64,000 nt of DNA, taken from Felis catus (lineage: Eukaryota). The stretch lies in contig NC_058368.1 of NCBI RefSeq assembly GCF_018350175.1, positions 233,184,001 to 233,248,000 of the forward strand. Reading direction: 5' to 3'. The notes under the pieces were generated by a model. It saw nothing but the letters and a program-made list of their open reading frames with translations, ran no database searches and was not told the origin of the DNA. Position numbers and translations under genes: made by a program. Below are positions 55,597 to 64,000 of this stretch, piece by piece (the first letter of the stretch is position 1; each line of letters begins with the position of its first letter).

Positions 55597-55625
55597 ATGC
55601 AAATAAGACTCAAAATAGCATAAAA
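55597..55625 (+). promoter_or_regulatory. LTR promoter: octamer ATGCAAAT and TATA-like CATAAAA
   Basis: ATGCAAAT at 55597-55604 and CATAAAA at 55619-55625, in the expected distal U3 position. Confidence 0.65.
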
Positions 55626-55777
55626 GACCTGTGACCCCGTTTATCGGGGCTCTCCCGCTTTCTAACACTGGGGAGCCCTGGTGCACCAGTAAAGACTCTC
55701 TGCCGACGTCGGAGTGCCGTGTGGTTCTTTGCGCCAACTCTCATTCCATAGGGCCTAGGAGCTTGGCTCCTAACATT

Positions 55778-55795
55778 TGGTGCGTTGGCCGGGAA
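55778..55795 (+). promoter_or_regulatory. Primer binding site, tRNA-Gly
   Basis: TGGTGCGTTGGCCGGGAA is the reverse complement of the tRNA-Gly(TCC) 3' end TTCCCGGCCAACGCACCA. Confidence 0.92.
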
Positions 55796-55939
55796 CCCGA
55801 GGGAAGGCAAGAGAACCCCGGCCCCGTCGGTGGATGACTCTCCGGCCCGGGCCACTGACGGACTGACTGAAGACAGACTTCTGTGCCTTTGTCTACACAC
55901 AGGTATTGTGTTCTATGTTTTGTCTCTGAACTGTGAATT

Positions 55940-56028
55940 CTGAGGCCGGCCGGCCACCTCAGTAGGAGTGTTGAAGGAGGACAGACGTGTCCTGAACCTT
56001 CACACCCCAGCCCCGAGGGACGCCTCGG
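55940..56028 (+). promoter_or_regulatory. Packaging/dimerisation signal (psi): palindrome plus two GACG-tetraloop hairpins
   Basis: Palindrome GGCCGGCCGGCC (55944-55955). Hairpins AGGACA-GACG-TGTCCT (55978-55993) and CCGAGG-GACG-CCTCGG (56013-56028), the conserved gammaretroviral double hairpin. Confidence 0.85.
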
Positions 56029-56239
56029 TGGTGTTTGTAGGGGAGAACTGACAAGTTCGTCAGACTCCCCAAATCCGTAGGCAGGCCTCCCCTGCCATCT
56101 GAATCTGAATACTGGCCGCGGCTCCTTGGTTGTTGTCTAGTCTGTGTTGTCTGGTCTGTGTCGACATTGTAGTCATCTTTGTGTATGTGTGTGTAAGTGT
56201 GCTGGTGTGGACGCGTGGACAGGACAGGACGACACAGCC

Positions 56240-57782
56240 ATGGGACAGACATTGACTACTCCTCTAACTTTGACTCTGACTCATTTCTCGGACGTCCAAG
56301 CAAGAGCTCACAATCTTTCCCTTGAGGTTCGGAAAGGTCGATGGCGAACTTATTGTTCATCAGAGTGGCCCACCCTATCCGTAGGGTGGCCCCGGGACGG
56401 GACTTTTGACCTCTCTATTATATTACAGGTTAAGACGAAGGTAATGGATCCCGGACCACAAGGTCATCCAGATCAAGTAGCCTATATCCTCACTTGGGAG
56501 GATCTCATTCGGAATCCTCCGGCATGGGTGAAACCCTTCCTCCCTTCCTGCCCCCTATCTCAATCTACCCTTCTTCCCCTGAAAACCTCAAAAGACCGTG
56601 CCTCAACCCAAGCTTCAGACCCGCCCAAACCAGTTCTTCCTGATGAGTCCCAAAAGGACCCTCTTCTCCTAGACGCTTTGTCCTCGCCGCCCCACAACCC
56701 CCTCTTACAGCCTCCACCCTATAATCCGCCCCTGGCCCCCGCCTTGACCCCGGTGGCCCCTACTTCCCCTCCTGCCTCCAGTTCCTCCTCCCCCTCCCCA
56801 ATTTCTTCCCCCGCCTCCGTCTCCGGCGATCAGACGACCCGAACGGCCCTCCCACTTGGCAATCTTCCCTGTTTCCTCTCCGGACTGTCAACCGGACTAT
56901 CCAGTATTGGCCATTTTCTGCATCTGATCTTTACAATTGGAAAACTCATAACCCTTCCTTTTCCCAAGAACCCCAGGCCCTAACCTCACTGATAGAATCT
57001 ATCCTCCTCACACACCAGCCCACCTGGGACGACTGCCAGCAGCTCCTACAGGTCCTTTTGACTACAGAGGAAAGGCAACAAGTTCTCCTGGAGGCTTTCC
57101 AACCCAGCTCCCCAACGAAATAGATGAGGGGTTTCCCCTCACCCGCCCGGACTGGGACTATGAAACGGCTCCAGGTAGGGAGAGTCTCCGAATCTATCGC
57201 CAGGCTCTGTTGGCGGGTCTCAAGGGGGCAGGGAAACGGCCCACCAATTTGGCCAAGGTAAGGACCATAATTCAAGGAAAAGAGGAAAGCCCCGCAGCCT
57301 TTATGGAACGGCTTCTAGAGGGGTTTCGGATGTATACTCCATTTAACCCCGAGGCTCCAGAACATAAGGCTACCGTGGCCATGTCGTTCATAGATCAGGC
57401 AGCATCTGATATAAAAGGAAAGCTCCAACGGCTAGATGGGATTCAAACCTATGGGTTGCAGGAACTAGTTAGGGAGGCAGAAAAGGTATATAACAAGAGG
57501 GAAACTCCAGAAGAAAAGGAGGCTAGGCTAGCAAAAGAGCAGGAAGCACGGGAGGAACGAAGAGATCGAAAGAGAGATAAACATCTAACAAAAATCCTGG
57601 CAGCTGTAGTGACAGAAAATAGAACAGGAAAGTCAGGGGAAATGAAGAGGCGGCCCAAAATAGAAAAAGACCAATGTGCCTATTGCAAAGAGCGCGGGCA
57701 CTGGATCAAAGACTGCCCTAAGCGCCCTAGAGACTCAAAGAAATCTACCCCCGTACTCACCTTGGGCGAAGAGAGCGAGTAG
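56240..57782 (+). pseudogene. gag: gag (MA-p12-CA-NC), disrupted by two frameshifting deletions (~56810 and ~57090)
   Basis: ATG 56240 in good Kozak context with Gly2, PPPY late domain, CA start ([25 protein letters not shown]) in a second frame, then MHR ([18 protein letters not shown]) and CCHC finger ([14 protein letters not shown]) after a second shift. TAG at 57780-57782. Confidence 0.93.
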
Positions 57783-57840
57783 GGACGTCAGGGCTCTGGA
57801 GCCCCCCCCGAGCCCCGGCTAACTTTATCTGTAGGGGGGC
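57780..57840 (+). promoter_or_regulatory. gag-pol amber read-through signal
   Basis: TAG followed by GGACGTCAGGGCTCTGGAGCCCCCCCCGAGCCCCGG with pol in the same frame, as in the MLV-type read-through pseudoknot. Confidence 0.8.
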
Positions 57841-60800
57841 ATCCCACCACCTTCCTGGTGGACACAGGAGCTCAGCACTCGGTCCTAACCAAGGCAAACG
57901 GGCCTCTGTCCTCTCGTACCTCTTGGGTTCAAGGAGCGACAGGAAGAAAAATTCACAAATGGACTAACTACCGTATGGTTGATTTAGGGCAAGGGACAGT
58001 GACACACTCTTTTCTGGTAGTACCCGAATGCCCATACCCCCTTTTAGGACGAGACCTCCTAACCAAGCTTGGAGTTCAGATCCACTTCTCCAAAGCGGGG
58101 GCCCAAGTGCTAAACCGGGATGGCCAGCCTATCCAAGTCTTAACTGTGTCCTTACAAGACGAACACAGACTTTTTGAAACCCCGGTCACCACTAACCTCC
58201 TCGAAGCCTGGCTGCAGGACTTTCCCCAGGCCTGGGCAGAAACGGGAGGGCTCGGTCGAGCCAAATGCCAGGCCCCAATCATAATTGACCTAAAGCCCAC
58301 GGCAATGCCTGTATCTATCAGGCAGTATCCCATGAGCAAGGAGGCTCATATGGGCATTCAGCCACACATTACCAGATTTCTAGAGCTTGGGGTCCTGCGA
58401 CCTTGCCGCTCACCTTGGAATACCCCTCTCTTACCAGTGAGAAAACCTGGTACTCGGGACTACAGGCCTGTCCAAGACTTAAGGGAGGTCAACAAAAGGA
58501 CTATGGATATCCATCCTACGGTCCCCAATCCCTATAACTTGCTCAGCACCCTGAGCCCAGACCGTACCTGGTACACAGTACTGGACCTAAAAGATGCATT
58601 CTTTTGCTTACCCTTGGCCCCCCAGAGCCAGGAACTGTTTGCTTTCGAATGGAGGGACCCTAAAAGAGGAATCTCAGGCCAATTAACCTGGACCCGCTTA
58701 CCCCAAGGGTTTAAAAACTCCCCCACTCTCTTTGATGAGGCTCTTCACAGGGACCTAACTGACTTCCGGACTCAACATCCAGAAGTAACTCTACTCCAAT
58801 ATGTGGATGACCTTCTTCTGGCCGCCCCCACAAAAGAAGCCTGCATACTAGGTACCAGACATCTGCTCCGGGAATTAGGAGAAAAAGGATACCGGGCATC
58901 CGCCAAGAAGGCCCAGATTTGCCTAACCAAGGTAACCTACCTGGGGTACATACTGAGTGAGGGGAAAAGATGGCTCACCCCTGGGCGAATAGAAACTGTG
59001 GCTCGCATTCCGCCACCCCAGAGCCCCAGAGAGGTACGTGAATTCCTGGGAACTGCTGGGTTCTGTCGCTTATGGATACCTGGGTTCGCTGAGCTAGCCG
59101 CCCCCCTCTATGCCCTCACGAAAGAGAGTGCACCCTTCACCTGGCAGGAAAAACATCAGTCAGCCTTTGAGGCCCTAAAAGAGGCCCTCCTTTCCACCCC
59201 GGCTCTCGGGTTGCCAGACACCTCCAAGCCCTTTACCCTCTTCATAGACGAGAAACAAGGAATTGCCAAAGGAGTTCTAACCCAAAAACTAGGGCCCTGG
59301 AAGAGACCAGTAGCATACCTGTCCAAAAAGTTGGACCCTGTGGCAGCGGGGTGGCCCCCATGTCTTCGTATCATGGCAGCCACTGCTATGCTGGTCAAGG
59401 ACTCTGCCAAATTAACCCTTGGACAGCCACTAACTGTTATCACCCCGCATGCTTTAGAGGCCGTAGTGCGGCAGCCACCGGACCGATGGATAACCAACGC
59501 ACGCCTAACTCACTACCAGGCCCTCCTACTGGACACAGACCGCATCCAATTTGGACCTCCGGTTACCTTGAACCCTGCCACGTTGCTACCGGCACCGGAA
59601 GACCAACAGAGCGCACACGATTGCCGGCAAGTACTGGCTGAGACCCATGGGACACGGGAAGATCTTAAAGATCAAGAGCTCCCAGATGCGGATCACTCTT
59701 GGTATACGGACGGGAGCAGTTACATCGACTCAGGTACCCGGAGGGCGGGAGCAGCGGTAATAGATGGCCACCACATCATATGGGCACAATCACTACCTCC
59801 TGGCACGTCTGCACAAAAGGCCGAGCTGATAGCGCTCACCAAGGCCCTAGAGCTATCCGAAGGGAAAAAGGCTAACATATACACAGATAGCCGATATGCC
59901 TTTGCAACGGCTCATACACATGGGAGTATTTATGAAAGAAGGGGCCTACTAACCTCAGAAGGAAAAGAAATTAAAAACAAAGCTGAAATCATTGCATTAT
60001 TAAAGGCCCTTTTTCTTCCTCGAAGAGTAGCCATAATTCATTGCCCCGGGCATCAGAAAGGACAAGGCCCAATTGCAACAGGAAATAGACAGGCAGACCA
60101 AGTAGCCAGGCAAGTCGCTGTGGCAGAAACGTTGACCTTGACCACAAAACTTGAAGAAACCGATCTTACGACCAACAAATATGCTTACACCCCAGATGAC
60201 CAGGAAGAGGCAAAGGCCATAGGGGCTGTACTGAATCAGGACACTAAAGACTGGGAAAAAGAAGGAAAGATAGTCCTTCCCCGAAAGGAAGCCCTGGCAA
60301 TGATCCAACAAATGCACGCCTGGACACATTTAAGTAATCAGAAGCTGAAGTTACTGATTGAAAAAACTGACTTCTTAATCCCTAAGGCAGGCACCCTCAT
60401 AGAACAGGTAACCTCCGCCTGTAAGGTCTGTCAACAGGTAAACGCTGGGGCTACCCGAGTGCCGGAAGGAAAACGGACTCGTGGTAACCGCCCAGGAGTC
60501 TATTGGGAAATAGATTTTACTGAAGTAAAGCCTCACTATGCGGGGTATAAGTACCTATTAGTGTTTGTAGACACCTTTTCAGGATGGGTAGAAGCCTACC
60601 CCACCCGACAAGAAACGGCACACGTGGTAGCCAAGAAGATTTTAGAAGAAATCTTCCCCAGATTTGGACTTCCCAAGGTAATCGGGTCAGATAACGGGCC
60701 GGCCTTCGTTTCCCAGGTAAGTCAGGGGCTCGCCAGGACACTGGGGATTAATTGGAAATTACACTGTGCATATAGGCCCCAGAGCTCAGGACAGGTAGAA

Positions 60801-61351
60801 AGAATGAATAGAACAATAAAAGAGACCCTTACTAAATTGACCTTAGAGACTGGCTTAAAAGATTGGAGACGCCTCCTATCTCTGGCCTTGTTAAGAGCCA
60901 GAAATACACCCAACCGTTTCGGGCTCACCCCATATGAAATCCTTTATGGGGGACCCCCCCTTTGTCAACCTTGCTCAATTCCTTCTCCCCCTCCGATCCT
61001 AAGACTGATTTACAAGCCCGACTAAAAGGGCTGCAAGCGGTGCAGGCCCAAATCTGGACCCCCCTGGCCGAACTGTACCGGCCAGGACATCCACAAACTA
61101 GCCACCCATTTCAGGTAGGAGACTCCGTGTACGTCCGGCGGCACCGCTCTCAAGGATTGGAGCCTCGTTGGAAGGGACCTTACATCGTCCTGCTGACCAC
61201 GCCCACCACCATAAAGGTTGACGGGATTGCCGCCTGGATTCACGCATCGCACGCCAAAGCAGCCCCAAAAACCCCTGGACCAGAAACTCCCAAAACCTGG
61301 AAGCTCCACCGTTCGGAGAACCCTCTTAAGATAAGACTCTCCCGTGTCTGA
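57783..61351 (+). pseudogene. pol: pro-pol (PR-RT-RNase H-IN), open except for a 1-nt frameshift at 60954-60960
   Basis: PR DTGA (57861), [11 protein letters not shown] and YVDD (58800-58811), RNase H YTDGS, IN HHCC and DDE core in the ORF to 61025. The IN C-terminus (STLLNSFS...RWKGPYIVLLTTP...KIRLSRV) continues in another frame to 61351. Confidence 0.95.
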
Positions 61352-61385
61352 CTGCTAATCCACCCTGTCCCTGCACGAACCCAAA

Positions 61386-61878
61386 ATGAAACCCCCAGCG
61401 GGAATGGTCTTTCTGTGGGTCCTCACAAGCTTGGGGGCGGGAATTGGAGCTAAAATTGTCAAAGAGGGGAACCCACATCAGGTTTACACCTTGACTTGAC
61501 CTGTTGATCTTACAAGAAGGCGGGTTATGTGCTGCCCTCAAAGAAGAGTGCTGCTTCTATGCTGATCACACAGGGATAATAAGGGATAGCATGGCCAAGC
61601 TGAGGGAGAGACTCAAACAAAGGCAAAAGCTGTTCGAATCTCAGCAAGGCTGGTTTGAGGGGTAGTATAACAAATCCCCCTGGTTTACCACTTTAGTCTC
61701 CTCCCTCATGGGCCCCTTAATACTCCTACTATTAATACTGATGTTCGGACCCTGCATCCTTAACCGCTTGGTACAGTTCATAAGAGAAAGACTCTCTGTC
61801 ATCCAGGCCTTGGTTCTAACCCAACAGTACCACCAACTAAGACAATTTGATGCAGAAAGGCCAGATACAATTGAATGA
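61386..61878 (+). pseudogene. env: env remnant: signal peptide plus first SU residues fused out of frame to the C-terminal part of TM
   Basis: 37-aa ORF 61386-61499. From 61495, another frame reads [27 protein letters not shown] (end of ISD, CX6CC), membrane anchor and tail to TGA 61878, with an internal TAG at 61663-61665. Confidence 0.93.
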
Positions 61879-61896
61879 AAGGTTTCATTCGATGCC

Positions 61897-61913
61897 AAAA
61901 GAAAATGGGGGAA
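61897..61913 (+). promoter_or_regulatory. Polypurine tract
   Basis: AAAAGAAAATGGGGGAA immediately before the TG of the 3' LTR. Confidence 0.9.
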
Positions 61914-62464
61914 TGAGAGACCCCTGGTCTAGCTTACTAAAACACCCCCACCCTACCTTCAACTTTGTAAACGCCTCACTCGCAGAGCCTGTACTCCCAC
62001 TAGTTAACAAACAGGATTTCTGCGGTTAGACATCTGGACACCGGGGGAGCTGTACAGGCTGCTACATAGATAACCGCTTTCCTCTCGCTTCTGTAATCTT
62101 GCTTACGCGCCCAACCATAGTAATCTTGCTTACGCGCCCAACCCTAACCGAAAGGTCCCTAGCCGCTTCGCAGCCCGGGCTCCAAGTTGCATCAGCCAAA
62201 AGAAACTTCATTTCCCAAGCTTCCCCGGGACGAAACTACCCACAACCCTAACCATCACCGAGCAGAGAGCCTACCACCAGCCTGTATGCAAATAAGACTC
62301 AAAATAGCATAAAAGACCTGTGACCCCGTTTATCGGGGCTCTCCCGCTTTCTAACACTGGGGAGCCCTGGTGCACCAGTAAAGACTCTCTGCCGACGTCG
62401 GAGTGTCGTGTGGTTCTTTGCGCCAACTCTCATTCCATAGGGCCTAGGAGCTTGGCTCCTAACA
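61914..62464 (+). mobile_element. 3' LTR (551 bp)
   Basis: Preceded by the polypurine tract and followed by TSD GCTC. Same length as the 5' LTR. Confidence 0.98.
62377..62382 (+). terminator. Putative variant poly(A) signal AGTAAA in the R region of the 3' LTR (5' copy at 55688-55693)
   Basis: No AATAAA in R. AGTAAA lies about 65 nt downstream of the TATA-like box and is followed by GT-rich U5. Confidence 0.6.
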
Positions 62465-62952
62465 GCTCCTCGGAGCGGGGGCAGCTGGACGAGGTCGGTG
62501 GCCGATGCAGCGAGTGGCCCCCAGTGTGTGAAGACGCGAACACGGGGCGGAACACGGAGAAGGAGCAGCTCTGCCCTCAGGTGCTCCGTGACGCACGGGG
62601 GCCCCATCTCCGCACAGACGGCGCCAAACCCGGGGACAGGGGTGTCGTGCCGGCCTCACCCACCTGTCACTTCCAAGAAGGGGCTCTCGGGACACCCCCG
62701 TGCAGTGATGGGTCGTCCGCTTCCGGACAGACCCTCCGATTCCTCGACTGCACCTGGCGAGCAGGTGCGGTTCTCCCGTGACTCCGGGGTTCACGCACGT
62801 TCACACTCACGTGCGGCTGACAGGTGCACGTTCTCTGACCCGGGCCCTTCCACGGGGAGGTCGGCAGCAGGTGGGCGGGAGCGGGTGCGCGTGCAGCTGA
62901 GGGCCACCCGTGGGTTCACCATTCACACCCCGCCCGCTCGGAAGATGCTGCC

Positions 62953-63483
62953 GGGTGCTCCCGGGGTGCTCCATGGGTGCTCCTACGATGTGCAAAGGGC
63001 TCCTCGGGTGCTCCGCAGGTACTCGGGTGCTCCGGGGTGCTCCTCCGATCTGCACAGGTGCTCCATGGGTGCTCCTACGATGTGCAAAGGGCTCCTCAGG
63101 TGCTCCGCAGGTACTCGGGTGCTCCGGGGTGCTCCTCCGATTTGCACAGGTGCTTCGCAGGTCCTCGGGGTGCTCTATGGGTGCTCTGCAGGTGCTCCTC
63201 TGATCTGCACAGGTGCTCCGCAGGTACTTGGGGTGTTCCGTGAGTGCTCCGTGGGTGCTCCGCAGGTACGCGGGGTGCTCCCGGGGTGCTCCGGAGTGCT
63301 CCTCCGATCTGCACAGCTGCTCCGCAGGTACTTGGGGTGCTCTGTGAGTGCTCTGTGGGTGCTCAGTAGGTGCTCCTCTGATCTGCACAGGTGCTCCGCA
63401 GGTGCTCCGCAGGTACGCGGGGTGCTCCCGGGGTGCTCCGGGGTGCTCCTCCGATCTGCACAGGTGCTCCGTGGGTGCTCCAC
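62953..63483. repeat. GC-rich minisatellite built on a GGTGCTCC core, with higher-order units
   Basis: Dozens of GGTGCTCC variants at ~10-11-bp spacing, recurring CCTCCGATCTGCACAGGTG blocks, and a 92-bp unit repeated at 62965 and 63057. Confidence 0.92.
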
Positions 63484-64000
63484 AGGGCTGCACGGGGCCT
63501 GCCCAGGCGCTCCCGCCCCGCTGCCACGTGTCGCCCAGGACAGCCGGAGCCCCGGGGCCGTGTTCACGGGCGGAGCCAACCCGCAGCCACATCACAGGAA
63601 GGGCCCGTTCTCCTCACCCGGCTCCGCCTCCCTCCCTCAATCCAGTAACTTCTGCCCCTCCACCTGCCGGGAGTTGGGCCGCCGCACACACCCCTCTGGG
63701 AAACCCAGCGGTGTCACCGAGGGTGCTGACGCTTGTTCCCTGGGCCCCAGGTCTCGGCGGACAGAGAGCTCTGGGTCCCACATACAAGCGGAGACAGCTT
63801 TCTGCGCCACTCGTGTCACTCCGCACTGCGACAGCGAGCCTGCGCTGAATTTCCGCTGAGGCTCACACGGCCCTCACGGAGAACTTCCAGATCCTGGCCC
63901 TGCAGCATAACGTAAGGGAGTTTCTATTTCCAGGGCTCATGGCAACAGAGCCATCACTGGGTCACTTCTCCTTGCTGGCCTCACCACCCACGACGTGGCC

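Larger units (their letters stand above)
55225..55775 (+). mobile_element. 5' LTR (551 bp)
   Basis: Starts TGAGAGACCCC, ends GGCTCCTAACA. Direct repeat of 61914-62464 with 4 mismatches. PBS follows after 2 nt. Confidence 0.98.
55225..62464 (+). mobile_element. Endogenous gammaretrovirus provirus, ERV-DC/FcEV-like (RD-114/BaEV-related gag-pol), internally deleted
   Basis: TG...CA LTRs at both ends, 4-bp TSD GCTC (55221-55224 and 62465-62468), PBS, gag-TAG-pol-env order, PPT. Gag begins [19 protein letters not shown] (BaEV/RD-114-like). Env begins [37 protein letters not shown], which I recall as ERV-DC/FeLV-D-type. Confidence 0.96.
54370..63900. other. CpG/GC-rich island (54370-55224 joined to 62465-63900), split by the provirus
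   Basis: Visibly high GC and CpG density on both flanks compared with the AT-rich upstream 50 kb. Not computed. Confidence 0.6.

Noticed and set aside
56144..56239. Possible glyco-Gag N-terminal extension upstream of the gag ATG
   Set aside because: An in-frame TAG at 56138-56140 limits any extension to 33 codons, and there is no convincing signal anchor.
61386..61878. Refrex-1-like truncated Env restriction factor, or RD-114-type env
   Set aside because: Only 37 aa are encoded and the receptor-binding domain is deleted. The signal peptide and TM are gamma/ERV-DC-type rather than the D-type env of RD-114.
62953..63483. CRISPR-like repeat/spacer appearance
   Set aside because: Mammalian DNA, no unique spacers and no cas genes.
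62498..63859. 453-aa ORF and overlapping 262/166/134-aa ORFs
   Set aside because: Low-complexity translations of a GC-rich minisatellite that is open in several frames on both strands. No ATG start for the 453-aa ORF and no recognisable domain.

Overview
Felid (cat-like) genomic DNA, judged by the many tRNA-derived CAN-SINEs (SINEC_Fc-like). From 1 to about 54,300 the window is repeat-rich non-coding sequence: more than 20 CAN-SINEs, old L1/MIR fragments, MaLR (MLT1) solo LTRs, a hAT-type MITE and microsatellites. I could not recognise any host protein-coding exon. The main feature is a 7,240-bp endogenous gammaretrovirus (55,225-62,464, + strand) of the ERV-DC/FcEV type, with RD-114/BaEV-like gag-pol and a gamma-type env. 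It has two 551-bp LTRs differing at 4 positions, a GCTC target-site duplication, a perfect tRNA-Gly PBS, an intact-looking packaging signal and a PPT. It is defective: gag has two frameshifting deletions and env has lost nearly all of SU, and all three junctions sit on short direct repeats. pol is full length except for one missing C in a homopolymer. The provirus sits inside a CpG-rich island next to a hierarchical GGTGCTCC minisatellite. The virus family is known. What may be new is this particular cis-intact, trans-defective structure and locus. Repeat family names come from recalled consensus sequences, not from a database search.
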